A DNA stretch of 64,000 bases, taken from Hydrogenophaga sp. Its GTDB lineage: Bacteria > Pseudomonadota > Gammaproteobacteria > Burkholderiales > Burkholderiaceae_C. Position 1 is the first letter of the stretch. The number at the start of each line of letters is the position of its first letter. Below, piece by piece: positions 9,196-17,801 of this stretch. The stretch lies in NCBI RefSeq assembly GCF_022844385.1, contig NZ_JALHLX010000004.1:14832-78831 (forward strand), in the 5' to 3' direction. A model generated the notes under the pieces. The model ran no database searches and had not been told where the DNA came from. It saw only the letters and a program-made list of their open reading frames with translations. Both the position numbers and the translations under genes were made by a program.

Positions 9196-10037
9196 GGGGT
9201 ACTTCGTTGCAGGGTTGGCAGGCAAGCCGTCAGCGCCGGCGTCGGGCATGGGTTGGGTGTTGAACAGCGGTCGGTTGGCATCGGGCTCAGGCTAGACGCA
9301 TACAGCGCCTGCAGCCGTTCGGCATCGACCTGAGCGATCGGCAAGTCAAATTCCAGCGCGCCATCGCGAAGGCCGATCACGTGATCGGCCAACAACGGCA
9401 GCAGCGCAGGCTGGTGTACCACGGTGATCAGTGTGGCGCCACCGGCGATGCTGCACAGCCATCGGCAGGCATCGGCGGCGGCGGCCGGGTCCAGATTGGC
9501 CGTGGGTTCGTCGGCCAGGATGAGGCGCGGGCGCTGCAGACGCAGGCGTGCAATGCTGAGCTTCTGGCGTTCGCCCCCCGAGAGACGGTCGGTGCGTGTA
9601 TCGCCCAGACCCTCCAGACCAACCACAGCAAGCGCCTCGTCGGCCTCAGCCACGAGCGTCGCGGGGTACAGGCGGCTCCAGCTGCGCCAGCCGCTCAGGC
9701 GTCCCAGCGCGCCGATCAACACGTTCTCGCGCGCGCTCAAGCGCGACACCATGTGCAGCCCCTGCATGACCTGGCCCACCTCGCTCCGCCAGGCGCGCAG
9801 CGCGGCGTCGGACACCGGCTCCTGCAGCGGCCGCCCCAGCACGCTGACCGATCCTTCGGTGGGAACCGCCAGGCCACCGAGCACCCGCAGCAGCGTCGAT
9901 TTGCCCGCGCCGTTGTGCCCGACGATGGCCACCCGCTCGCCGGCACCGATGTGCAGTTCGTCCAGTCGCAGCAAGGTCCGCGCACCGGCTTTCACGGCCA
10001 GCTTGCGGATGTGGATGTCGTGTGTTGTGGCGCTCAC
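9192..10037 (-). CDS. PhnC-like ABC transporter ATP-binding protein
   Basis: Walker A GHNGAGKS, signature LSGGERQK, ILADEPTANLDP; the GTG start overlaps the permease stop. Confidence 0.9.
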   Translation of the reverse strand: MSATTHDIHIRKLAVKAGARTLLRLDELHIGAGERVAIVGHNGAGKSTLLRVLGGLAVPTEGSVSVLGRPLQEPVSDAALRAWRSEVGQVMQGLHMVSRLSARENVLIGALGRLSGWRSWSRLYPATLVAEADEALAVVGLEGLGDTRTDRLSGGERQKLSIARLRLQRPRLILADEPTANLDPAAAADACRWLCSIAGGATLITVVHQPALLPLLADHVIGLRDGALEFDLPIAQVDAERLQALYASSLSPMPTDRCSTPNPCPTPALTACLPTLQRSTP

Positions 10038-10930
10038 AGCAAAGCCTGGCGTATGCGCCGAGAGAGGCTGTCGAACGCCACCACCAGCGCGATGACGACG
10101 AGCAGGATGGTGGCCAGGCGGCTCCACTGGAACAGGCTGACCGCCTCGGAGATCAGCAGGCCGAGGCCGCCCGCGCCGATGAGGCCCAGGATGGTCGAGT
10201 CGCGGATGTTGAACTCCCAGATGTAGAGGTGGTTCGACACGAACTGGGGCAGCACGGCGGGCCACACGGCGTTGAAGAAGACCTGGGTGCGCGACGCGCC
10301 GGTGGCTTGCACGGCGTGGATGGCGCCCATGTCCAGCGACTCGACCGACTCCGCGTACAGCTTGCCGTAGGTGCCCATGGAATGCAGCGCAATGGCCAGT
10401 ATGCCGGCGGTCGGACCCAGGCCAACAATGCCCACCAGCACCAGGCCGAACACCAGTGTGTGAATGGCGCGCAGCACGTCAAGCAGACCTTTGCTCGCCC
10501 AGGCCAGCCAGCGAGGTGCGCCCAGGTTGCGCGCGCTCAGCAGGCCGGGGGGCAAGGCCAGCAAGGCCCCCAGCAGCGAACCCAGGGTGGCGATCTGGAA
10601 CGTGACCCAGGTGGCACGCCCCAGTGCCGCCAGAAAATCGGCCTCCACCACGCGGCGGTCTTCCACGCGCAGCAAGGTGCCGTCGTCGCTGCGGTATTCC
10701 AGGCGCTCCGGCCCGAACCACACATCCAGAAAACTCGGGTACGCGAATTCACCGATCGACTTGATCAGATTGGCCACGGGGTTGCGCCCCAGCGACAACT
10801 CGCCCGCCACCCAGAGGCTGCCCAGGCAGACGCCCACCAGCAGCGCATAGGCGAGCACCAGCAGCGCAAAACGCGCCCGACCGGACCAACGCGGTGGCGA
10901 GAAAGGCGGCTGGATCAGCAGCGCGCTCAC
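10034..10930 (-). CDS. PhnE-like ABC transporter permease
   Basis: LRAIHTLVFGLVLV, GKLYAESVE, WEFNIRDSTILGLIGAGGLG. Confidence 0.9.
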   Translation of the reverse strand: MSALLIQPPFSPPRWSGRARFALLVLAYALLVGVCLGSLWVAGELSLGRNPVANLIKSIGEFAYPSFLDVWFGPERLEYRSDDGTLLRVEDRRVVEADFLAALGRATWVTFQIATLGSLLGALLALPPGLLSARNLGAPRWLAWASKGLLDVLRAIHTLVFGLVLVGIVGLGPTAGILAIALHSMGTYGKLYAESVESLDMGAIHAVQATGASRTQVFFNAVWPAVLPQFVSNHLYIWEFNIRDSTILGLIGAGGLGLLISEAVSLFQWSRLATILLVVIALVVAFDSLSRRIRQALL

Positions 10931-11793
10931 TTGGGCTGCAGCGTGCCAGTGGCCAGACCAGCGTCCCGGATCGGCTTGTAGGCCCGGTTGTCGCTGTTGA
11001 TGAAGCCGGTGTAGCTCGGCGGCATCAGACCGGGCTGCGTCTTGAGAAGGGGGCCAACCTCAGCCAGCGCCGCCTGCAGGCGCGCCACGAAGGCCTTGTC
11101 CTTGTGGAGCGCTTCGCTGACGGCAAACGCGTCGTTGGGCAAAGGATCGGACTGCCAGATGATCTTCGAGCGCTCGGCTTTGATCAGGCCCTGCGCGATC
11201 ATCGCGTCGCGGTTGCGGTTGTAGTCGGCGCCAGCGTCGATCTGCCCGGCAGTGACCTGGGTCTGGATCGCCTGGTGCTTGGTGTGCAGCACGCGAGAAA
11301 AATGCTTCGCGGGATCGATGCCCTGCTTCATGAAGAAATGCAGCGGGATCAGGTAACCGGAGGTGGATCCTTTGTCGCCAAAGGCAAAGGTGCGCCCTTT
11401 GAGGTCGGCCACCGAATTGATGCCCGAGTCCGGATGGGTGACGATCATCGCGAAGTATTCGGGCTTGCCTTCGTACAGGATGGTCGAGACCACCTGGGCA
11501 TTGGCCGCCTGGTTGGCCAGCACGTAGCCCCACGGACCCATCAAGGCCAGGTCGGTTTCACCATTGGCGAGCGACTTGGCCAAGCCTTCCCAGCTGTCGA
11601 CTGTGCGCAGCTCTACCGGGCGACCCAGGCGCTGCGAGAGGTGTTGCGCCAGCGGCCGGTAGGTGGCGTCGTTGCGCTCGCGATCGGGCTGGAACAGGCC
11701 GACACCGAATTTCAGCGGCGTGGTCTGTGCCTGTGCGGTGAGCGTTGCGAGCAGCAGGAACAGGCTGGCCAGCCAGCGGGTGAACACGATCAT
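10927..11793 (-). CDS. PhnD-like phosphate/phosphonate/oxyanion ABC substrate-binding protein
   Basis: Signal peptide, GPWGYV, FAFGDKGSTSGYLIP, SDPLPNDAF; the ATG overlaps the radical SAM stop (ATGA). Confidence 0.9.
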   Translation of the reverse strand: MIVFTRWLASLFLLLATLTAQAQTTPLKFGVGLFQPDRERNDATYRPLAQHLSQRLGRPVELRTVDSWEGLAKSLANGETDLALMGPWGYVLANQAANAQVVSTILYEGKPEYFAMIVTHPDSGINSVADLKGRTFAFGDKGSTSGYLIPLHFFMKQGIDPAKHFSRVLHTKHQAIQTQVTAGQIDAGADYNRNRDAMIAQGLIKAERSKIIWQSDPLPNDAFAVSEALHKDKAFVARLQAALAEVGPLLKTQPGLMPPSYTGFINSDNRAYKPIRDAGLATGTLQPK

Positions 11794-12836
11794 GGGGTCT
11801 CTCCTGAAGTTACGGTTTGGGATGGGCTTTGATGCGCGGCATGAACAGAAATCGTCGCTGCCGCTGGGTCGGCCGACTCCAGTGCACCACCGCAACTGCT
11901 GCCCTGTCCTGCGGTGCAGCCGTAGCAGTGGTCAGCAATCCGGATGGCCTCGCCTTCGGGATCCGCACCGAGCAGTTCCCGCAGGTGCGGACGGTAGGTC
12001 TTGCCCAGGCGGGCCGGCAGCCCCAGCATCTGGTTGAAGTCGCAGTCGTACAGATCGCCCTGCCAGTCCACGCTGATCATGGAGCGGCACATCACGGTGT
12101 TGAGGTTGTCGGCCTGGTACGCCTGCTTGAGCAGTTGCATATAGGTGACGAAGGTGCCCTTGGAGACCAGGGTGCTCCCAAAACGCTGCACCGGCATGTT
12201 GGTCAGCGCAAACAGGTGGTTGAAGCGGATGCCGAAGTGCTGCAGCAGCTCGCGCTTGTAGTCGGCCTCCAGTGCACCTTGCGGTGGTGGTAACGACGGG
12301 CCTTGGGGGTTGTAGACGAGATTGAGCGTGAGACCACTGTCCGGCACTCCGTAACCCAGCGCGTTGAGTTGCTGCAGCCCGGTGATGCTGAGATCGAACA
12401 CGCCATCGCCCCGCTGACGATCGACATTGGCCGGGGAATAACACGGCATGGAAGCCACCACCTGAACACCTTGCTCAGCCAGGAAGGCCGCCAGGTCTTC
12501 CTGACCGGGCTCGCTGAGGATGGTCAGGTTGCAGCGGTCGATCACCGCGACACCCAGGCTCCGTGCCGCCACCACCAGGCGCCTGAAGTGGTCACTGAGT
12601 TCCGGCGCGCCCCCGGTGAGGTCCAGCGTGGTGATGCGCCTGGCTTTCAGCACCTCGATCACCAGGTCCACCGTTGCCCCGTCCATCATTTCGGTGCGGT
12701 TGGGGCCGGCGTTGACGTGGCAATGCAGGCAGGACTGGTTGCAGCGGTAACCGAGGTTGACCTGCAGAGTGGTCAGGGGTTGGCGCCGGATGGCGGGAAA
12801 GTCGGTGGCGGTGAGCAGCGGCAGGGTGTCGTGCAT
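11790..12836 (-). CDS. arsS: Radical SAM / Cys-rich protein of the ArsS (TIGR04167, DUF3641) family
   Basis: CxxxCxxC in NLGYRCNQSCLHCHVNAGP, LDLTGGAPEL, YDCDFNQML and the C-terminal HCYGCTAGQGSSCGGAL (Cys, not UGA, at every position read). Confidence 0.88.
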   Translation of the reverse strand: MHDTLPLLTATDFPAIRRQPLTTLQVNLGYRCNQSCLHCHVNAGPNRTEMMDGATVDLVIEVLKARRITTLDLTGGAPELSDHFRRLVVAARSLGVAVIDRCNLTILSEPGQEDLAAFLAEQGVQVVASMPCYSPANVDRQRGDGVFDLSITGLQQLNALGYGVPDSGLTLNLVYNPQGPSLPPPQGALEADYKRELLQHFGIRFNHLFALTNMPVQRFGSTLVSKGTFVTYMQLLKQAYQADNLNTVMCRSMISVDWQGDLYDCDFNQMLGLPARLGKTYRPHLRELLGADPEGEAIRIADHCYGCTAGQGSSCGGALESADPAAATISVHAAHQSPSQTVTSGETP

Positions 12837-12872
12837 GGGACGGACTGGTGAAGTTGAAGGTTCGACACCATC

Positions 12873-12900
12873 AGTCGTTCACAACCGATTGTTTGTTACA
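12873..12900 (-). promoter_or_regulatory. ECF promoter motif TGTAACA-N16-CGACT upstream of the arsS operon
   Basis: The reverse strand reads TGTAACAAACAATCGGTTGTGAACGACT, about 36 nt upstream of ATG 12836. Confidence 0.8.
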
Positions 12901-12940
12901 GCCCGGCAGAAAAAATACCGCCAGGGGCGTTGTCGCGGCC

Positions 12941-13576
12941 TCACCACCTCAGCAGCCGCGGACCGAGGACCGCGCCCAGCAGCCCAGTCAGCAGGACTCC
13001 CAGCGAGTACCAGACTGCCACAAACGTGGCCGAGACCTCAGGACACACCAGGGAATAACCCATGGCGCCCAGTGCGCCGGCCATCAATCCAGCGTTGAAG
13101 CCGGCAGCCCGCAGTTGGGTGGGTGCGAGTCCGCGAAGCGCCCACAGTGCGCCGGCCAGTGCCGGCAACGAAAGCGCCACCACATTCGTTGGGCAGCTGA
13201 GCCAGGTTTCGCCAAACAGGGCCGCCATGCGTTGATCCGGCGCGCTGGACACCAGCGTGAGCGCGCCCAGGGCCAGCATGGTGGCAAACACAGCCAACAC
13301 GGCCCGCACGGGCCAGTGCGTGCGCGCCACCGGCCGGGAAAGCCTCGCCGTCAACCAGCCAGCCGCCAGCGCCAAGCTGCCGCCGTACATGAGCTTCAGC
13401 CACGGTGCCTGCGTAGCCCACATGGTCACTGGGATCGATCCCATGCTCACCAGCGCGGACAAGGCGCTGGCGATCAAGCCAAGCGCCACCACTGGGGCCA
13501 GTCGCCGCAGCACGGGCGCCTGGGGGGCAGGCCCTGCGCCCTTGGCCAACATCTCGATCAACGATTGCGTTTTCAT
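12941..13576 (-). CDS. nrsF: NrsF-type (DUF1109) membrane anti-sigma factor
   Basis: MKTQSLIEMLAKG start, six hydrophobic segments, Cys motifs WLSCP, RGLAPT and YSLVCPE...FVAVWY; ATGA-coupled to the sigma gene. Confidence 0.85.
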   Translation of the reverse strand: MKTQSLIEMLAKGAGPAPQAPVLRRLAPVVALGLIASALSALVSMGSIPVTMWATQAPWLKLMYGGSLALAAGWLTARLSRPVARTHWPVRAVLAVFATMLALGALTLVSSAPDQRMAALFGETWLSCPTNVVALSLPALAGALWALRGLAPTQLRAAGFNAGLMAGALGAMGYSLVCPEVSATFVAVWYSLGVLLTGLLGAVLGPRLLRW

Positions 13577-14139
13577 GTTCCTGTGTCTTTCACCCATTGC
13601 GCCAGCCGCTTCAACCCTCTGTGCACTTGTACCTTGATGGCCGACTCCGAGATGCCGGTGCGCATCGATGCTTCGGTTACCGACAGCCCCTCGATCTTCG
13701 TCAACACGATGGCCTGACGTTGAACATGTGGCAACTCCTGAAGCAGCCTTTCAAGGTCTCGCTGCGCACCGTCTTCGACCGGCTCGGCTGCCAGCAAGGC
13801 CTCGTCCACATCGTCCAGCGCGTCGTGGAGGTTCTCCCGCCGCCCACGGCGCCTCCAGAGATCGACCAGCTTGTGGCGAGCGATCGCGGTGACCCAGGCG
13901 CTGACCGGCAACGTCGGGTCAAAGGTTCCGCGTTGCAGATGAAGTGCCAGCAGCGTTTCCTGCACCAGGTCTTCGATGTCGTCTGGCGTCGACTGCATGC
14001 GCCGCCGCAGGAATCCGCGGATGCGCAACGCGATCTTCTCCAGCGCCTCGCGGTAAGCGACCTCATCGCCTTGCTGCGCACGCAGCCACAGCGGTTTCAG
14101 GCTGGCTTCGAAATCGTTGGGACCTGTCTCTCTAGGCAT
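13573..14139 (-). CDS. sigF: ECF RNA polymerase sigma factor (SigF/EcfF, ECF16-like)
   Basis: EDLVQETLLALH, WVTAIARHKLVD, LTKIEGLSVTEAS, IKVQVHRGLKRL; directly upstream of an NrsF-type gene. Confidence 0.85.
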   Translation of the reverse strand: MPRETGPNDFEASLKPLWLRAQQGDEVAYREALEKIALRIRGFLRRRMQSTPDDIEDLVQETLLALHLQRGTFDPTLPVSAWVTAIARHKLVDLWRRRGRRENLHDALDDVDEALLAAEPVEDGAQRDLERLLQELPHVQRQAIVLTKIEGLSVTEASMRTGISESAIKVQVHRGLKRLAQWVKDTGT

Positions 14140-14166
14140 TTCGTGGCAGCGGCTGCTTTGGTTACA
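14140..14166 (-). promoter_or_regulatory. ECF promoter motif TGTAACC-N16-CGAA (autoregulatory)
   Basis: The reverse strand reads TGTAACCAAAGCAGCCGCTGCCACGAA, abutting the sigma ATG at 14139. Confidence 0.75.
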
Positions 14167-14235
14167 CAAATGGGGGGGCGGCATGAACAAGTGCCGACCA
14201 AAGGCAGGGTTGTTGGCCCGGGATTCTGCACTGCC

Positions 14236-14263
14236 TGTAACCGAAAGGCCTCCGGCTTCGTAA
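14236..14263 (+). promoter_or_regulatory. ECF promoter motif TGTAACC-N16-CGTAA
   Basis: TGTAACCGAAAGGCCTCCGGCTTCGTAA, upstream of the DUF547 gene and back to back with the sigma promoter. Confidence 0.75.
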
Positions 14264-14373
14264 ATCAAAGGCCCTTCCATCCCTTTCAACCCGTCAAGAC
14301 AAGCCAGATGAAAACTTCTTCCACGCCCGCCTCGCGCGTGGTCACGACGCAGCCCTTGTCCGAGGGCCTTGTC

Positions 14374-15207
14374 ATGAGCACCAGCCGACGCCAGTTTTTC
14401 CTCTTCACTGCCGGGTGCCTTCCGGCCTTGTTGCCCCTGGGCCACAGCCATGCTGCAGTGTTCGATCACAGCCACGCCGCCTGGACCGGTCTGCTCAAAC
14501 GGCATGTCGTGCTGCTTCGCGGCGGGCAGGCATCGCAGGTTCGCTACGCAGGCTTCTCAAAGGACCGCGGGGACCTCACGGCCTATCTGTCGTCACTTTC
14601 CGCCGTCACCATTGACGGGTTCTCGGCCTTCTCCCTGGCGCAGCGCCAGGCGTTCCTGATCAACGCCTACAACGCGTTCACCGTCGAACTGATCCTCACC
14701 AAATACCCGGACCTGACGTCGATCAAGGAGTTGGGCAGCCTCCTCTCCAGTCCCTGGAAGCCGAAATGGATTTCCCTGCTGGGCAGCAAGGTGTCGCTGG
14801 ACGACATCGAACACGGCATGCTGCGCAAGCGGGGCGTCTATGACGATCCCAGGGTGCATTTCGCCGTGAACTGCGCGTCCATCGGGTGTCCAATGTTGCG
14901 CGAAGAAGCCTTTGTAGCAACGCGCATCGACGCCCAACTGGAGGAGCAGTCGAACCGTTTCATGGCTGACCGGACGCGCAACCGGTTTGACGAAGCCGCG
15001 GGGCGACTGCAACTCTCGCGTATCTTTGACTGGTATGCCGACGATTTCAAGCGAGGTGATCGGGGCGTCACCTCATTGCACGGTTTTGCCGGGCTGTACG
15101 CCGAACGCTTGTCGGACTCTGCAGCGGGCCGAGATCGGATCCGCAGCGGGCGCGTTGACATCACCTACCTCGACTACGACTGGTCCCTGAACGACGCAAG
15201 CCGCTGA
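14374..15207 (+). CDS. DUF547 domain exported protein, possible Tat substrate
   Basis: SRRQFF twin-arginine-like leader, AFLINAYNAFT, SLDDIEHGMLR, DPRVHFAVNCASIGCP, LSRIFDWY, YDWSLN. An alternative ATG is at 14308. Confidence 0.85.
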   Translation: MSTSRRQFFLFTAGCLPALLPLGHSHAAVFDHSHAAWTGLLKRHVVLLRGGQASQVRYAGFSKDRGDLTAYLSSLSAVTIDGFSAFSLAQRQAFLINAYNAFTVELILTKYPDLTSIKELGSLLSSPWKPKWISLLGSKVSLDDIEHGMLRKRGVYDDPRVHFAVNCASIGCPMLREEAFVATRIDAQLEEQSNRFMADRTRNRFDEAAGRLQLSRIFDWYADDFKRGDRGVTSLHGFAGLYAERLSDSAAGRDRIRSGRVDITYLDYDWSLNDASR

Positions 15208-15213
15208 GTCGTT

Positions 15214-15462
15214 TTACTGAGGGTGACGCACGTCTTCGCGAGGCAGCTGGCTTCTGCTGACTTCGTTTTTGGCTGCGCTGTAGCTGGACACGAGGTAGGG
15301 CACCAGGTAGTTGAGTGCCACATGCATCCACGAGGGCGCGTGAGCGGCCAAGATGGCCTCACCCTGATTGATCACATTGAGTGCAGTGCCGACAACGGCA
15401 GACACACGCAGTGCGTTCAGGACGATGGATCTGGACAAGGCTGTGCTGATGAGATTTTTCAT
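15214..15462 (-). CDS. nrtS: NrtS-like small two-helix membrane protein
   Basis: ALRVSAVVGTALNVINQG and NYLVPYLVSSY match the family pattern. Confidence 0.65.
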   Translation of the reverse strand: MKNLISTALSRSIVLNALRVSAVVGTALNVINQGEAILAAHAPSWMHVALNYLVPYLVSSYSAAKNEVSRSQLPREDVRHPQ

Positions 15463-15486
15463 TGGAGGGCTTCATGTGATGGCGGG

Positions 15487-15513
15487 TTCGTTCGCTTGAC
15501 CCGATCGGTTACA
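15487..15513 (-). promoter_or_regulatory. ECF promoter motif TGTAACC-N16-CGAA
   Basis: The reverse strand reads TGTAACCGATCGGGTCAAGCGAACGAA, about 25 nt upstream of ATG 15462. Confidence 0.75.
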
Positions 15514-15543
15514 TCGCCGATCAAGAAAAGAATCTTTTTTTGA

Positions 15544-15570
15544 TGTAACGAACCAGACGCGCTTTCGACC
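15544..15570 (+). promoter_or_regulatory. ECF promoter motif TGTAACG-N15-CGAC upstream of the bufferin operon
   Basis: TGTAACGAACCAGACGCGCTTTCGACC; the spacer is one base shorter than in the other copies. Confidence 0.65.
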
Positions 15571-15654
15571 ATGCAGGGTAGGCCAGATTGTCTGACCTGC
15601 CCGCTCGGAGGAATTTCCATGAGCGGATTTGCCAACCCCTTGCAGGAGTGATTC

Positions 15655-15975
15655 ATGGAAAACACTGTCGATCGCCGCACCGCCACCCGCCTCGCATCCG
15701 GCGCCGCCCTGGCCCTGGCCATGGGTGCCGCGCTCACGCTGGCGGCTGCACCTGTTGCCGCACAGAGCGCGGACAAAGAAAAATGCTTCGGCGTCGCGCT
15801 GAAGGGCAAGAACGATTGCGCCGCCGGGCCAGGCACCACCTGCGCCGGCACGTCCAAGGTGGACTACCAGGGCAACGCCTGGTCGCTGGTTCCAAAAGGA
15901 ACGTGCGAGAAGACCGCATCGCCCAAGTCGCCATCCGGATTCGGGCAATTGAAGGAGTTCAAGGAAAAGGCTTGA
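15655..15975 (+). CDS. bufA1: DUF2282 bufferin-type RiPP precursor (periplasmic metallophore)
   Basis: Signal peptide followed by the four-Cys core [14 protein letters not shown]...[23 protein letters not shown]. Confidence 0.9.
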   Translation: MENTVDRRTATRLASGAALALAMGAALTLAAAPVAAQSADKEKCFGVALKGKNDCAAGPGTTCAGTSKVDYQGNAWSLVPKGTCEKTASPKSPSGFGQLKEFKEKA

Positions 15976-16012
15976 TGCGCTTGAGCTGGACTCTCACTAA
16001 CCAGGCTTTCTT

Positions 16013-16939
16013 ATGAAACTCTCCGCCCAGGATCTCAAAACCGTCTTGGGGATTGGCGCGCTGCCAATGCGGGGTGGGCTGGGCCTGAAGGCAGAGCACT
16101 TCGCCCACGTTCGGGACACCCGTCCCGACGTGGGCTTCTTCGAGGTCCATGCCGAAAACCATCTGGTGGCGGGTGGGCCGATGCTGCGCCACCTTGCAGC
16201 GGTCCGCGCTGACTACCCGCTGACCATCCATGGTGTCGGTTTGTCGATCGGATCGGAAGCCGGCCTGGACGAAGAACACCTCAAGGCGGTAACGGCGCTG
16301 GTGCAGCGTTTCGAGCCGGCGGTCTTCTCCGAACACCTGGCATGGTCGTCCCACAGCAGCACGCACTTCAACGATCTGCTCCCATTGCCTTACAACCTGC
16401 CTACCCTTCACAGGGTCTGCCGGCACATCGACCAGATCCAGAACCGCATGGGGCGGCCTTTGTTGCTGGAGAACCCCTCCACCTACTTGTCATGGGCGGC
16501 GTCCACCTGGAGCGAGGGCGCCTTCATGAGCGAGGTGGTTCAGCGAACCGGCTGCGGTCTGCTGCTGGACGTGAACAACGTGTACGTGTCGGCGATCAAC
16601 CAGGGCGCGGACCCCGTCGCTGCCCTGCTCGAACTGCCACTGCGCCACGCCGGGCAGATTCACCTTGCCGGGTTTGCCGAATCGTTTGACAGCTCGGGCG
16701 TGCGCCTGCTCATTGACAACCATGGCGCCAGCGTCGCCAGTGCGGTCTGGGCCTTGTTCGACACGGTGCTGGCTCGGGTGGGGCCCGTGCCCACCTTGCT
16801 GGAGCGTGACCAGAACATCCCTGCGTTTGCCGTGCTGATGGCCGAGGTGGGCTTGGCAGACTCGAAGCTGGCGCGTGCCAACCGATCACTGGATGCTGCA
16901 GCATTGATCCATGCCATGACACCCGAGGTGGTGCGATGA
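16013..16939 (+). CDS. bufB: DUF692 multinuclear non-heme iron oxidative enzyme (MbnB/TglH family)
   Basis: FFEVHAENH, TIHGVGLSIG, FSEHLAWS, LLENPSTY, LLLDVNNVYVS, IHLAG, IDNHG, LLERD. Confidence 0.92.
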   Translation: MKLSAQDLKTVLGIGALPMRGGLGLKAEHFAHVRDTRPDVGFFEVHAENHLVAGGPMLRHLAAVRADYPLTIHGVGLSIGSEAGLDEEHLKAVTALVQRFEPAVFSEHLAWSSHSSTHFNDLLPLPYNLPTLHRVCRHIDQIQNRMGRPLLLENPSTYLSWAASTWSEGAFMSEVVQRTGCGLLLDVNNVYVSAINQGADPVAALLELPLRHAGQIHLAGFAESFDSSGVRLLIDNHGASVASAVWALFDTVLARVGPVPTLLERDQNIPAFAVLMAEVGLADSKLARANRSLDAAALIHAMTPEVVR

Positions 16940-17706
16940 GCCACCACAGCTTCGCCCACGCGCTGCTGGACCCCTCCCTGCCTGTGCCGGCGGGTCTTGT
17001 GTTGCGGGGTGGTGGAAATCTGGCCGATCGCTTCGCGGTGCACCGCAACAACACCGTCGTCTCGCTGGTCGATGCCTTGCTCGCCATCTACCCAGTGACG
17101 GCAGAGCTGGTCGGCGAGCCGTTCTTTCGCAGCATGGCTGCGGTCTACGTCCGGCAGTCCCCTCCCCACCAGCCTGTGCTGGTGCGCTACGCAGCGGATT
17201 TCGATCGCTTCATTGCGCAGTTCGAGCCCGCTGAAAGCGTGCCCTATTTGCCGTCGGTGGCGCGCGTCGAAGCGGCCTGCATGCACAGCCTGCATGCGGC
17301 CGACGACATCCCCATGGACATTGCCCTGGTGGCCGAGGTGATCGCCGACGGCGACACGCTGCTGCAGCGCGGGTGCCGCCTGGATGCATCCCTCGTGCCC
17401 TTGAGCCTGAGCCATGCCGGCGCCGACGTCTGGAGGGCGCACCAGCCCGGGTCGGACCTGCTTTTGTCCACCATAGATACCACGCGATCTCAGGACGTCT
17501 TCGTCCTCCGCCGCGGGGACGGTGTGGTGGTGTGGGAGCCGCCGGTGGGCACGGTCGCGCTGGTTCGACTTCTCATGGACGGTGTACCACTGGCAAAGGC
17601 AGTGGAAGGGATGGGAACGCAGCACGACAACTTCGATTTTTCAATCAGCCTGGCGGGTTTGTTGCACCACGGCCTGGTGGTTGATCTCCCCCTTTGCAAC
17701 GCATGA
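16936..17706 (+). CDS. bufC: DUF2063 partner protein of the DUF692 enzyme
   Basis: RFAVHRNN, YPVTAELVGEPFF, YLPSVARVEAA; ATGA-coupled to DUF692. Confidence 0.85.
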   Translation: MSHHSFAHALLDPSLPVPAGLVLRGGGNLADRFAVHRNNTVVSLVDALLAIYPVTAELVGEPFFRSMAAVYVRQSPPHQPVLVRYAADFDRFIAQFEPAESVPYLPSVARVEAACMHSLHAADDIPMDIALVAEVIADGDTLLQRGCRLDASLVPLSLSHAGADVWRAHQPGSDLLLSTIDTTRSQDVFVLRRGDGVVVWEPPVGTVALVRLLMDGVPLAKAVEGMGTQHDNFDFSISLAGLLHHGLVVDLPLCNA

Positions 17707-17801
17707 CTGGAGCAACTCATGGAATCCGCATCACCATCGCCCGCCCGCACCCAACCGGCCTCACTGCTCGATCGACTGGCCGATCTGGTGGCCACTTCGC
17801 C

